From the NCBI GenBank assembly GCA_943355025.1, contig CALRDW010000004.1, forward strand, positions 756 to 64,755: 64,000 bases of DNA. Reading direction: 5' to 3'. Shown here one piece after another: positions 19,049 to 29,039 of this stretch. A program made the translations under genes and the position numbers. The notes beneath the pieces are model-generated. The model saw only the letters and a list, made by a program, of their open reading frames with translations. It had not been told where the DNA came from and did not search any database. The DNA is from Candidatus Magasanikiibacteriota bacterium. Lineage in GTDB: Bacteria; Patescibacteriota; Patescibacteriia; Magasanikbacterales; 2-02-FULL-50-9b. Position 1 is the first letter of the stretch, and each line of letters starts with the position of its first letter.

Positions 19049-19750
19049 TTAGGTTTGTGTTGCAAGATATGCGCCTGCAATTGCGGCAGTTTCGCCACGA
19101 AGCGTTGTAAGAGCAAGGGACGTCTCTGTCCACCCGGCAGCACGCGCCTCTTGGGTCTCGCTTTTTGTCCAGCCGCCCTCGGGTCCAACAGCAAGTGCGA
19201 TAGTGCCCTTACTCTTTGAGAGTTGCTCAAAAAGTGAAATAGACGCACCAGCGTTGAGAAAAAAGCGGCACGGTGCGCCCTCCGTCGTTATTGCCTCCGC
19301 AAGCTGAAGTGGTTCCAAAATGTTCATAAGCATGCTCTGCCCCGACAATTCGGATGCTTCACGTGCAATAACTTTGAGGCGCCCCACATTGAGCCCCGTC
19401 TTGACTGTTCGTTCTGATATAATTGGTACAAGTGTATGAACGCCGAGCTCTGCTGCTTTTTGAACCACCAGCTCAAAATTATCACGCTTGAGAATGGAGA
19501 CATAGAGCATTACCGTGCGCTGTGCAGCGGCCGCGTCCATACAAGCCAATTCTGCTGACACAACTATTTCATCGCTCGAAATACTTTTGATTGTTCCTTG
19601 TGCAGAACGGCCGGTGCCGTTGCTTAAAATTACCGATTCGCCAGCAGTAAGATTCAAAACTCTAGCGATTTGGTGAGTAATTTCGCGGTCTGTAATGAGG
19701 ATTCTGGGGCCGAACTCTACAGATGGAATAATGAATCGGTGGATTTTCAT
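19049..19750 (-). CDS. rsmE: 16S rRNA m3U1498 methyltransferase
   Basis: HRFII, QKAAELGV, VGPEGGW, LRGETAA. Confidence 0.93.
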   Translation of the reverse strand: MKIHRFIIPSVEFGPRILITDREITHQIARVLNLTAGESVILSNGTGRSAQGTIKSISSDEIVVSAELACMDAAAAQRTVMLYVSILKRDNFELVVQKAAELGVHTLVPIISERTVKTGLNVGRLKVIAREASELSGQSMLMNILEPLQLAEAITTEGAPCRFFLNAGASISLFEQLSKSKGTIALAVGPEGGWTKSETQEARAAGWTETSLALTTLRGETAAIAGAYLATQT

Positions 19751-19776
19751 GCCATCATGATAGCATTTTTACAAAA

Positions 19777-19805
19777 TGAAACCAAATGATAGCTTTCTAC
19801 GTATA
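19777..19805 (+). promoter_or_regulatory. putative ECF sigma promoter
   Basis: TGAAAC-N17-CGTATA; same boxes and spacing at 23575-23603. Confidence 0.55.
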
Positions 19806-19860
19806 TAACCATGAAACTGGAAATGGTCGAATAGAATATATTTATAAATACTAAAAACCT

Positions 19861-20244
19861 ATGAAGAAATTTTTCACAGCAGCAATGATCGTCGGAACAG
19901 TACTTTTACCAACAGCGTCGGTTTTCGCAGGAAGTCCAAAGGCAGCACCAGTCTACCACGCAACCGTTGATAAATCAGCAGCACTAGGAGCGAAGCAAAA
20001 GCAAGGTGATGCCATGAAAGCACACAAAGCAGCAATGGATGCGGCTCAGGCAACACACAAAGCAGCTCTCGCAGCAGCATCAGACACGTATAAAGCAGCT
20101 TTGAAACAGGCAAAGGCATATAAATCGAAGGATGATGCAAAGGCAGCGCAGGCCGCATTTAAGGATGCAAAAGCTAAGGCTGAGGCAGATTTTGCAGCAG
20201 CAAAAAAAGCAGCGTCAGATACATATAAGGCGGCAAATATGTAA
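19861..20244 (+). CDS. secreted Ala/Lys-rich helical protein
   Basis: Signal peptide ending SVFA; repeated AASDTYKAA. Confidence 0.75.
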   Translation: MKKFFTAAMIVGTVLLPTASVFAGSPKAAPVYHATVDKSAALGAKQKQGDAMKAHKAAMDAAQATHKAALAAASDTYKAALKQAKAYKSKDDAKAAQAAFKDAKAKAEADFAAAKKAASDTYKAANM

Positions 20245-20264
20245 TATTTTGGCATCGTGCTTCT

Positions 20265-20293
20265 AAAATCCCCCACTCATGGGGGATTTTTTT
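20265..20293 (+). terminator. intrinsic terminator
   Basis: AAAATCCCCCA-CTCA-TGGGGGATTTT plus T-run. Confidence 0.75.
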
Positions 20294-20347
20294 ATAAAAA
20301 AACTGCGTGATATTAGTCCCGCAGTTGTGACAAGCCTCATTCTGTAA

Positions 20348-20734
20348 TTAACGGTTTCGTGAAGTCCGAGTAAAGCCGGTTGCTGCAATATTTGGCTTAG
20401 CGACACCAACCGACACCGCTTTTTCATGTTCACCGGCCGCGTTATAATGAATCATGACCCCATTGTCAAAATTTCGACTCACACGACCAGCCGAGTCCTT
20501 CACCCCAAATGGTAGCAAGTGATAGATGCTTCTACGTTCGACGATCGAGCGCTGGACAATAATGGTCCCCTCGCTGTGATCTGTAGGATCACGATAACTT
20601 TCGATGATATTTTCGATCAGCCGTTTTCGACCAGCATAGCTTACGAGCACGGTGGGTTCACAGCGCAGACGTAAAAGCTGAAAATCAGAACGACGCTGGT
20701 AGACGCGGATACTTCGAACATTGACGTCGGACAT
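20348..20734 (-). CDS. hypothetical protein
   Basis: 128-aa ORF filling the gap; AGGAG SD upstream. Confidence 0.55.
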   Translation of the reverse strand: MSDVNVRSIRVYQRRSDFQLLRLRCEPTVLVSYAGRKRLIENIIESYRDPTDHSEGTIIVQRSIVERRSIYHLLPFGVKDSAGRVSRNFDNGVMIHYNAAGEHEKAVSVGVAKPNIAATGFTRTSRNR

Positions 20735-20799
20735 GAGACGCTCCTGAACAGTTGGTAGGTCAAAAAACTATACTCGGTTCTGCAAATAATGTCAATTGT

Positions 20800-21555
20800 C
20801 TAGTTGACAGTAGGCCCGAGGGTGAGCAAGTCACGCACAGTAACGAATGTATAACCTCGCCTCTTTAATTCCGAAAGAATTTGTGGGAGTGCCCGTGCTG
20901 TTGCTGGTGCGTGCATGCCACCCAGATGGAAAACAACGATTGATCCTGGTCGAACTTTGCTCAGCACTGTATGTACAATATATTCTTGATTTTTTGAAAA
21001 AGCATCGCCCGAAATAACATTCCATCCCACAGCATCCATACCCAGTTCATGAACAGCCGCGACGTCGTCTGGAGCACTACAACCACCGGGAAATCTAAAA
21101 TAATGTGGTTTTCGTCCCGTTAGTTCGGTGATAATTTTGTTTGCATGAACAATCTCATCACGCTTATCAGTTGCACGTGGCAAACCATAGCAATGCTGCG
21201 TAAACGCAGCATGGTCGTATGAATGATTCTCGATTTCATAGAGTGGATTTGTTGCGAGTTGCAAAAACCTCGCCGAATAAACCTCAGGCCACATGCCCGT
21301 TGCAAAAACAGTTGATTTAGCGTGTGCCGATTCGAGCGCTGTAAAAACACGCTCATCATACCAGAGCGGGCGCACAGATTTGCTCTGCATTTTTTTCATG
21401 TGAGGCGTCATATCCGCATCAAACGTAAGCGCAACCAATTTCTCGCTCGTATCACCATGAGTAATTATCCCCGCCGCAAAAGTCGGCACCGCCAGCACGG
21501 AGGAACCCATGAGCGCTATACCACATACTATTGCTGCAAAATTAATCATTCGCAT
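20800..21555 (-). CDS. polysaccharide deacetylase (CE4)
   Basis: VALTFDAD, ENHSYDH, YFRFPGG, GSIVVFH; signal peptide. Confidence 0.9.
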   Translation of the reverse strand: MRMINFAAIVCGIALMGSSVLAVPTFAAGIITHGDTSEKLVALTFDADMTPHMKKMQSKSVRPLWYDERVFTALESAHAKSTVFATGMWPEVYSARFLQLATNPLYEIENHSYDHAAFTQHCYGLPRATDKRDEIVHANKIITELTGRKPHYFRFPGGCSAPDDVAAVHELGMDAVGWNVISGDAFSKNQEYIVHTVLSKVRPGSIVVFHLGGMHAPATARALPQILSELKRRGYTFVTVRDLLTLGPTVN

Positions 21556-21568
21556 ACGCTTTAAAATT

Positions 21569-23503
21569 TCAGTAGTGCGGCGCAAGCCACGCAGCAAAAG
21601 CATCAAATGAATAATCACGGCCCAAGAAATTTTTAATCAAATCTGCGGCATCTGCCGAGCCACCCGGCTCCAAAATGATGCGCGCATAGTCCCCGGCTAC
21701 GTTTGTGTTCATCATGCCATGCTCTAAAAATTTAGACAGCAAATCTTTTGCAATGACGAACGACCACATATAGGTATAGTAGATCGCACTATACCCATCG
21801 AGATGGCCAAAGCTTAGCTCCATATAGGTGTCGGGCTCAAACGGAAAGGGGTTGAAACGCTCATAAATTTCATTATACAACGCATGTGGATCGAATTGCG
21901 CGCTTCTGTTATAAAATTCAAGCGAGATATTCGCGAGCATCATCTGGCGGCGAACATGCAGCCCTTTGCCAAATTCGTCGGCAGCGCGCATTTTTTCAAC
22001 AAGAGCGGCTGGAATCGGCTCCTCCGTCTGATAGTGGCGCGCAAATCGCGCAAGCACCTCTGTGTTCCACGCCCATTCTTCAAAAAACTGTGACGGCGCT
22101 TCGACAAAATCCCATTCTGTTGCAACGCCAGAAAAATAAATCCATTTTTGTGCACCGCCTAAAATATGGTGAAGCAAATGGCCAAACTCATGAAAAAAAG
22201 TTGTGACCTGATCATGGTCGAGCAAAGCAACTGTCGTTGATGCGTGAGGATTCGTAAAATTACAAACGAGCACACCTTCAGGAAGCTGCACATCTCGCAC
22301 GCCGCTCCGCAGTGTGAACTGCGCCGCATGTTTGTATTTATTTTCACGCGGGTGCATATCAAGATAAATTCGTCCAAGCGGCACACCACCCCGATCAACG
22401 TCGAAAACCTCTACCGACGAATGCCACACTGGCGCTGCTGTGGCTGCAGTAAAATTTATATTAAAAAGCTCGGCCGCCAAATTCATGAGCCCTTTTTTTA
22501 CTCCTGCATATTCAAAATAAGGTCGTACATCCTGTGAGTTAAACGCAAACTGCTCACGCTTAATTAATTCTTCATAGTATGCTTTTTCCCACGCAAACAC
22601 ATTGCTTGCGTCTGGCTCATCAATCTTTTTTCTTTCCAAAAGTACCTCATAGTCCGCGGCAGCCCGTGGGGCAGAAATTTCCGTGATTTTTTCAAGAAAT
22701 TTATGCGCATTCACTGCCGTTTTAATCATCTTGTCTTCTGTAACATAATCAGCCCAGTGCGCATAACCAAGTAGCTGCGCAAGTTCAAATCTTTTTTTAA
22801 GCATCGAATTCAGAACTTCGCTATTTTTCGGGAATGCACGACGATTAAATTCCCGATACAGTTTTTGACGAGCAATCCCATTATTCGCGTAGACCATAAA
22901 AGGACGCACATCAGGGTAATCCGTCGTGATTTGAATTATACCCGCAGCACTCGGTTTATGCGCCTCGATAAAATCATCAGGCAAACCCGCGAGGTCCCCC
23001 ACATGTAATTCAATTGTGTGCACGTCTTCACGAACATTCCGATCAAAGGCTTGTCCGATTTGCACGAGTTCTGCGCGAAGCTGTTTAATTTTTTCTCGAG
23101 TTTCTGGGTCTGTGCTCGCACCGGAGCGCTTGAAATCAAGCAAAATTTTATTTAGGAGTCGGACCTCTTCTGCATCAAGGCCTTCCGAATCGCAATTTTT
23201 AAAAATCTTATAAAGATCGGGGCTGAGCGAAATCTCTGTCACCAATTCCCCACAATCCTGCTCGTATTTTTCTGCAATTTTTCTTACGCCCTCATTCGGA
23301 TGTACATTACTGAGCAGGCTCGAAGCAGATTGTATAAAATCAATGTGACGAAATAATTCATTATAATGTTCAAGTACGTCGCGCGCTTCGGCATTCGAAT
23401 TACTGCGTAAGGTTTCAAAAATAGATCGCGCACGTTCAAAATGCGGAGCAAATGCAGCTGTGCATTCCTCGGCCGTGCATAATGAAGCTGTGAACTCTAA
23501 CAT
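21569..23503 (-). CDS. M3 family oligopeptidase (thimet oligopeptidase-like)
   Basis: YLDMHPRENKYKHAA, FHEFGH (HExxH), DFVEAPSQ, YYTYMWS. Confidence 0.93.
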   Translation of the reverse strand: MLEFTASLCTAEECTAAFAPHFERARSIFETLRSNSNAEARDVLEHYNELFRHIDFIQSASSLLSNVHPNEGVRKIAEKYEQDCGELVTEISLSPDLYKIFKNCDSEGLDAEEVRLLNKILLDFKRSGASTDPETREKIKQLRAELVQIGQAFDRNVREDVHTIELHVGDLAGLPDDFIEAHKPSAAGIIQITTDYPDVRPFMVYANNGIARQKLYREFNRRAFPKNSEVLNSMLKKRFELAQLLGYAHWADYVTEDKMIKTAVNAHKFLEKITEISAPRAAADYEVLLERKKIDEPDASNVFAWEKAYYEELIKREQFAFNSQDVRPYFEYAGVKKGLMNLAAELFNINFTAATAAPVWHSSVEVFDVDRGGVPLGRIYLDMHPRENKYKHAAQFTLRSGVRDVQLPEGVLVCNFTNPHASTTVALLDHDQVTTFFHEFGHLLHHILGGAQKWIYFSGVATEWDFVEAPSQFFEEWAWNTEVLARFARHYQTEEPIPAALVEKMRAADEFGKGLHVRRQMMLANISLEFYNRSAQFDPHALYNEIYERFNPFPFEPDTYMELSFGHLDGYSAIYYTYMWSFVIAKDLLSKFLEHGMMNTNVAGDYARIILEPGGSADAADLIKNFLGRDYSFDAFAAWLAPHY

Positions 23504-23574
23504 ACCAATAAAGTAGCCTAAAAAGCTGTGAGTAGTCACAACAGACTACCCCGCTGCAGAATGCGTTGTCAAGC

Positions 23575-23603
23575 TGAAACCAGCGATAGTTCCACTGCGT
23601 ATA
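23575..23603 (+). promoter_or_regulatory. putative ECF sigma promoter
   Basis: TGAAAC-N17-CGTATA, matching 19777-19805. Confidence 0.55.
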
Positions 23604-23670
23604 CATAGTTGAGGTGATGCTTCTACCGGTCGACAGAGGCAGCATACCAATTACACTTAACTATAAAATT

Positions 23671-24429
23671 ATGAAACATCGAATTGCAACTCTCACATTG
23701 ACTGCGGTAACGCTCCTTGGCTCAACCACAAGCGCCTTTGCTGCTGATTCTGTTCCTGCAGGATCAATGAATACAAGGTGTTCGATTCGAACTGCTGAGG
23801 CAGGCGTGCGAAATGAAAAACATCGCGCAGACGAGGATGCGCGCATGGAAAAAAATCGCGCTAACCAAGGCGCGAAAATGAAAATGCACCAAGAGGAAGC
23901 GGATGCATCACGAAATTCACATCGTCAAGAGAGTGATTTACATAAAGCATTAAAAATGCAAGAACGTGAGATACGCGGCCATAAGTCAGACGCTGTAAAG
24001 GCAGCCATCATTACCTATCAAGCTGCAATCAAAGCAAACACTGCGACAGCACGTACAAGTGTTGACGCTGCAATAAAAACATTCCGTGATTCGACTGCAG
24101 CTGCACTTACAGCGCGTCAGACGGCGGTTGACGCTGCTATTGCAGCGCGTAAACTCGCTGTTGACGCTGCGCTCGCAACCTGGAAAACGCAATGTGCAGG
24201 AACAGCGGACCAAATTAAAGCCGCAAACAAGGCGTATCGTGACGCAGTCACGATAGCAGCCCAGACATATACCGCAGCTGTAAAAATTGCACGAGATGTT
24301 TATGATGCAGCAACTGTGCCAGCAAGAACAACACGTGATACTGCGATACAGGCAGCCTGGACCACGGCTCGTACAGCAAATGAAGCGGCACGTGTAATTC
24401 TTAAGGCAACTCTCGCAGCAGCAAAATAA
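23671..24429 (+). CDS. secreted Ala-rich helical protein
   Basis: Signal peptide ending SAFA; VDAAI repeats; start moved to ATG 23671. Confidence 0.75.
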   Translation: MKHRIATLTLTAVTLLGSTTSAFAADSVPAGSMNTRCSIRTAEAGVRNEKHRADEDARMEKNRANQGAKMKMHQEEADASRNSHRQESDLHKALKMQEREIRGHKSDAVKAAIITYQAAIKANTATARTSVDAAIKTFRDSTAAALTARQTAVDAAIAARKLAVDAALATWKTQCAGTADQIKAANKAYRDAVTIAAQTYTAAVKIARDVYDAATVPARTTRDTAIQAAWTTARTANEAARVILKATLAAAK

Positions 24430-24438
24430 GATTCAGTC

Positions 24439-24481
24439 ATAATAAATAAAAGCTCCGACATCCGGGGCTTTTATTTATTAT
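24439..24481. terminator. intrinsic terminator
   Basis: ATAATAAATAAAAGCTCCG-ACATC-CGGGGCTTTTATTTATTAT. Confidence 0.75.
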
Positions 24482-24521
24482 CATCTTGCGAAAATAACAC
24501 GCCTAAGCTATTCTGTTTTAT

Positions 24522-25139
24522 ATGCTTAATTATCGATCCTTTGCTGCCGCGCTTTCACTCATCGTGCTGCTTGGTAGCGGCTGCTCATCTGAAAAGCCGG
24601 CCGCGACCACGGCTCAGAATATTCCTACCAATAAACCATCTATGGAAATGACGATTGATTCCGCAAAATCTTATACAGCGATACTACACACAGAAAAAGG
24701 AGATATTGAAGTAGCGCTCAATTCAAAAAATACGCCGATTACAGTTAATAATTTCGTTTCTCTCGCACGCAAATCATTTTATAATGGCACTATTTTTCAT
24801 AGAACCATTTCAAATTTCATGATCCAGGGTGGCGACCCAACAGGAACGGGCAGCGGCGGGCCGGGTTACAAATTTGATGACGAACCGGTTGTTGGTGAAT
24901 ATTCTCGCGGAACAGTTGCCATGGCAAATGCGGGACCAAATACAAATGGCAGTCAATTTTTCATAATGCACCAGGCCGTAGCACTTCAAAAGAATTACGT
25001 TATCTTTGGTACAGTGACACAAGGGATGGAAGTAGTTGATGCAATCGCAACAGCACCTTCAGAAACAAGCCCAAGCGGAGAAAAATCAAAACCGGTCCAT
25101 CCTGTCAAAATTGTCAGCGTAGACGTTCGGGAAAACTAA
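24522..25139 (+). CDS. cyclophilin-type peptidyl-prolyl isomerase, lipoprotein
   Basis: Lipobox LGSGC; FHRTISNFMIQGGDPTGTGSGGPG, MANAGPNTNGSQFFI. Confidence 0.95.
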   Translation: MLNYRSFAAALSLIVLLGSGCSSEKPAATTAQNIPTNKPSMEMTIDSAKSYTAILHTEKGDIEVALNSKNTPITVNNFVSLARKSFYNGTIFHRTISNFMIQGGDPTGTGSGGPGYKFDDEPVVGEYSRGTVAMANAGPNTNGSQFFIMHQAVALQKNYVIFGTVTQGMEVVDAIATAPSETSPSGEKSKPVHPVKIVSVDVREN

Positions 25140-25161
25140 CCACGCAATCGCTCAGATGTAC

Positions 25162-25193
25162 AAAAATACCCCGCAGACTGGCGGGGTATTTTT
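25162..25193. terminator. bidirectional terminator
   Basis: AAAAATACCCCGC-AGACTG-GCGGGGTATTTTT between convergent genes. Confidence 0.8.
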
Positions 25194-25209
25194 AAATGCT
25201 GCAGGCTAT

Positions 25210-25695
25210 TTATTTAACAGCCTTTTTCTTCTTTGCTGGCTTTGCTACAGCTGGAGCTGGCTCTTCATCAACCGGTGTAATTGTTACAACGGGGCTGACG
25301 AGTTTGAGAATGCGATCAAGCTTGTTATGGATGATTTCAAGCTGAGTTTTAAACTGATCCATGTTTGGAGCAGCTGCTGCTACTGGTGGACGATCGTAGC
25401 TTGGCTTCGAATATGAGCTGCGCTCTGGCCCATCATTGCGTGGCTTATCATCACGAACAAAGCAGTTGCTGCAGAAAACAGGCTTGCTGCCGTTTGGCTT
25501 AAATGGAAGCTGACATTCATTGCCACATTGGCTGCAGCTTGCCTTAAACATTGGACGATCTCCATCATCGCGACGAGGACCTCCGAAACCACCGCGGCCT
25601 GCGCCGTTGCCGCCAAAACTTGGACGGCCACCTCCGTAAGATGGCTTATGAAACGGCTTTGAGCCCGCTCCGCCTCTGTTGTTGAAATTACCCAT
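25210..25695 (-). CDS. CxxC-x17-CxxC zinc-binding protein with Gly/Arg-rich N-terminus
   Basis: CSQCGNECQLPFKPNGSKPVFCSNCF. Confidence 0.85.
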   Translation of the reverse strand: MGNFNNRGGAGSKPFHKPSYGGGRPSFGGNGAGRGGFGGPRRDDGDRPMFKASCSQCGNECQLPFKPNGSKPVFCSNCFVRDDKPRNDGPERSSYSKPSYDRPPVAAAAPNMDQFKTQLEIIHNKLDRILKLVSPVVTITPVDEEPAPAVAKPAKKKKAVK

Positions 25696-25848
25696 AGATA
25701 TGTGTGTTTTAGTTACTCTTGTACGAATTAGTGACGTGAGCGGTTATTAAGGTAAAAGCATAGCACGACAAACGAAAAAAATCAAGGGGTGGCCCCGAAC
25801 AACCGTATGTGCGCTTGAAAAAGCCCGCGAAACTGCTATGATGCGCGT

Positions 25849-26349
25849 ATGCAAATCCCCTACCGTAAACCACCGAAATTCAGCGAATTCCAGCAGGATC
25901 CACTTCTGACACAACAAAAATTTTTAGAATTACAATCCAAACTTAAACATTTACTCGCGAGCAGACCTCAAGCCGCGGATGAAGTAAATCGACTCGCACA
26001 AAATGGAGATTTCTCTGAAAACGCAGAATATCAGCACGCAAAAGGGCGGCTGCGTGGAATGAATAGCGCGATCTTAAAATTAGAGCATCAGATCAGCCAT
26101 GCCGTCATCATTAAGACGCGGGGAAACGGTACAGTCGAGATTGGAACACGTGTGACAGTTGAGGTGAGTGGCGCACAGCGAACATACCACATACTTGGTT
26201 CCGCAGAAACAAAGCCAGAAAAAGGAATTATTTCTTATACGTCTCCCATTGGTTCCGCGCTGATTGGTCACGCCGTTGGTGATGTAGTCGAAGCCCTGCT
26301 ACCAGTTGGAAAAATAACCTATACGATTCTCACGATCACTGCAGAATAG
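25849..26349 (+). CDS. GreA/GreB family factor (second paralogue)
   Basis: GDFSENAEYQHAK, ISYTSPIGSAL. Confidence 0.9.
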   Translation: MQIPYRKPPKFSEFQQDPLLTQQKFLELQSKLKHLLASRPQAADEVNRLAQNGDFSENAEYQHAKGRLRGMNSAILKLEHQISHAVIIKTRGNGTVEIGTRVTVEVSGAQRTYHILGSAETKPEKGIISYTSPIGSALIGHAVGDVVEALLPVGKITYTILTITAE

Positions 26350-26362
26350 TTTGTGCCACGGC

Positions 26363-26959
26363 CTATTTCTGCAGAATTATTTCAACCCACTTTTGCTCGC
26401 GCACATTTGTTATTGTCTGACTCAGTGCTTTGTAGCGCGGGCCTGCCGCAGCCAAAAGATCGTCAGGTGTATATAAATAAAAGTAGCGCTCGCCAAACTC
26501 ATCCTGTTTAGCAATCTCCTGATACGGTCCATATTTTACGGAAATAAAAAATACCCCGCCGGGATTGAGTGCTGTATATGCGCGATCAAAAATAATTTTG
26601 AGAGTTTCGCGTGGTGTATGTAGTAAAGAGGCAAATGCGAAAATCACGTCGATACTGCTCTCGAATTCATACATTTCAGAATCAGCCACACTAAATCGCG
26701 CGTTCGGTACTGCCTCCCTCGCGAGTCTAATCATTTCTGATGAAACATCGATGCCCAAATAATTTTCAGTGTGCTTGATAATCTCGGCCGCGTCGCGACC
26801 ATTACCGCACCCGATTTCAAGAATCTTGGGATTTTTTTTATCTACAAGTGAAAGAACGTGCTCGATGTCTGATACGCGCGTGCCGATTTGATTAAATTTT
26901 TGCGCCATTTCAACTGCCGTTCGATTATATGTTTCGATCGTAATCTTTTTTTTATCCAT
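26363..26959 (-). CDS. class I SAM-dependent methyltransferase
   Basis: ILEIGCGNGRD, AFASLLH, LNPGG. Confidence 0.88.
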   Translation of the reverse strand: MDKKKITIETYNRTAVEMAQKFNQIGTRVSDIEHVLSLVDKKNPKILEIGCGNGRDAAEIIKHTENYLGIDVSSEMIRLAREAVPNARFSVADSEMYEFESSIDVIFAFASLLHTPRETLKIIFDRAYTALNPGGVFFISVKYGPYQEIAKQDEFGERYFYLYTPDDLLAAAGPRYKALSQTITNVREQKWVEIILQK

Positions 26960-26965
26960 AGTCGT

Positions 26966-27979
26966 TTATCTTTTAAAATCGCCGTCGAAAAAAACCGCTT
27001 CGCCATCAATTGATATTTTTTCAACGTCAATAAAAATGTCAATGTGATATCTGCCCTTACGTCGATGGAGCCCTGGCTTTGCATAAATCGCGTGTTTTTC
27101 GCCAAGTGATAAATGAACACCCTTTTGCCGCTCGAATGCTGTAATGTCGCTTACGAGTTTGTGTTTCCCCATTGCAGCGTTGAGACCAAAACCGAGTTCG
27201 CGTACAAGCACCTCTTCGTCAGCCTTAATAAGCTCAATAATGTGTTTAAACTCTGGCGGCGCATCATCCGGCGCGGTCAAAATCCCCTTCTCAATTGTTA
27301 CACGAAATGGTTTGAGTATTTGAACTTTATGGTCGTCACCAGCAAATCCAAATACCATTGCCTCTCCATTTACGAGCGTGAGATCGCGTGCCTCTGTAAA
27401 TACTTCACCGATTGGAAAGGAGCCACCAACATTTTTCATCTCTGAATAATCACCGATGTTTAATTTTGTCGGCTCCATTCCCCCAAAATACGTTAATTTG
27501 GTCCCCGCTCATTCAACAATAACTTCTTGAGCCGAATCCAGTTTTGTTTTGAGAGCGTGACCGAGTGGTCGATAATATTGCGCGTCATATTCAAGTGCTT
27601 CAATATATGTTGCAAATTGTTCCTCTGGAATTCTCTCGAGGTGTAAATGCTCGATCGTTTTTAATTCGCGCTTAAAAAGTTCGATGCGCAACCGAAATTC
27701 GTTGAGACGAAAATTAGTTGATTGAACAAGGACAACGAGGTCGCGTGCGCCGAGTGCGTTGATGCGCGCAAGAACTTCGTCAGGTGTAATCGTTTCGAAA
27801 TCTACGAATTCTGCGGTTGGAAGAGCACGCCGATAGCTCTCAGTAATGATGCCTGCGAGCGGCGCTGCTGTATCAAAAATTACCAGCTGCTGTTCGCCAG
27901 GCGTTACGCAGAGTGCATCCCGCAAGGTGTCTGTGATGTTTTTGGTAGCGAGTCCAATAAGTTGGCCACGAGAATCCAT
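26966..27979 (-). CDS. M29/aminopeptidase T-like protein interrupted by one in-frame TGA (27509-27511)
   Basis: ORFs 27509-27979 and 26966-27478 share a frame and read IVE*AGTKLTYFGGMEPT; PIGEVFT, RELGFGLN, HLSLG and HIDI motifs. Confidence 0.6.
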
Positions 27980-28081
27980 AGAAATAAAATTTGTGCGACT
28001 ATAACATTTTTCTGTAATTTATTCAATGATATAAAAAACCCGCTCGTGTGTGGAGTGGGTTACCGAGACTCTTTGTGCGTT

Positions 28082-28741
28082 TCAGCTAAAAAGTGTTTGA
28101 GCTTCAACGAATGTATCAACAACATAATCTGCTCCTGCGTCACGGAGACGCTTTCGCGGAAATGTCGTTGTTATTGCAAGAACTTTGCAGCCTGCCGCCT
28201 TGGCTGAAATTATTCCGTTGTCAGAATCTTCAATGACGAGACATTTCGACGGTTCTGCCCCTAACAGTTTTAGAGTGCGTTGATACGGCTCGGGGTGCGG
28301 CTTTCCGTGCGTAACATCATCGCCTGTTACGACTACTTTAAAGAATGCATCGAGCCTGTAACGATCAAACACTACGCGCTGAATTGCACGATTGTTTGAT
28401 GTTGTCAGTGCAAGAGCCCTGATTTGTGGTAGCTTCCCCAAAAATCGCAAAAAATCAAAGCTGCCGGGAATTGGGTCGAGTCCGCCACGCACCACTTCAC
28501 GCATGTAGTACTCTATTTTTTCACGGATCAATTCATCCACAACAAATCTGCCACCGCCAAATCGTGCGTTGATGTAGCCGAATATGTGTTTGCTGGTGTT
28601 TCCCTTAAATCCGTGCCACACCTCCTCTGGAACGACGATCCTATGAAGCGCACACACATACCGCTCCGCTGCCTCCTGCAGCGCTTCGCTGTCCACAAGA
28701 ACCCCGTCCATATCACTTATAACTTCCGTGATTTCATCCAC
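28082..28741 (-). CDS. HAD family phosphatase (beta-PGM-like)
   Basis: DMDGVLVDS, KPHPEPY, IEDSDNG; GTG start after AAGGAG. Confidence 0.9.
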   Translation of the reverse strand: MDEITEVISDMDGVLVDSEALQEAAERYVCALHRIVVPEEVWHGFKGNTSKHIFGYINARFGGGRFVVDELIREKIEYYMREVVRGGLDPIPGSFDFLRFLGKLPQIRALALTTSNNRAIQRVVFDRYRLDAFFKVVVTGDDVTHGKPHPEPYQRTLKLLGAEPSKCLVIEDSDNGIISAKAAGCKVLAITTTFPRKRLRDAGADYVVDTFVEAQTLFS

Positions 28742-28848
28742 ACTATGCTCCTTTTGTTTCAAAACTCAATTGACCTTAGCACAGCTATCAATTAAGGGTC
28801 AAATCAACAGGCACGTCTGAATTTCTCAGGTCTCACAAAAGAAAACCG

Positions 28849-28878
28849 TTGACACATAATACCCAAATCTGCTATAGT
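28849..28878 (+). promoter_or_regulatory. sigma70 promoter of tRNA-Asn
   Basis: TTGACA-N18-TATAGT with TG extension. Confidence 0.7.
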
Positions 28879-28888
28879 AGCGCAGCAT

Positions 28889-28963
28889 TCCGAGGTAGCT
28901 CAGCGGTAGAGCAATCGGCTGTTAACCGATTGGCCCAGGGTTCGAATCCCTGCCTCGGAGCCA
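28889..28963 (+). tRNA. tRNA-Asn (GTT)
   Basis: Acceptor TCCGAGG/CCTCGGA, anticodon arm ATCGG-CTGTTAA-CCGAT, GTTCGAATC T-loop, encoded CCA. Confidence 0.96.
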
Positions 28964-29002
28964 AAGAAAAATACTCACCTTCGCGGTGAGTATTTTTCTT
29001 TT
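28963..29002. terminator. bidirectional terminator
   Basis: AAAGAAAAATACTCACC-TTCGC-GGTGAGTATTTTTCTTT. Confidence 0.85.
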
Positions 29003-29039
29003 CATTGTAAAGTCATCAATGGCAACCGATCGGATCTTC

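Noticed and set aside
27470-27508. Definite SECIS element after the in-frame TGA
   Set aside because: Only a weak AU-rich stem is visible and no sel genes are in the window; kept only as a possibility
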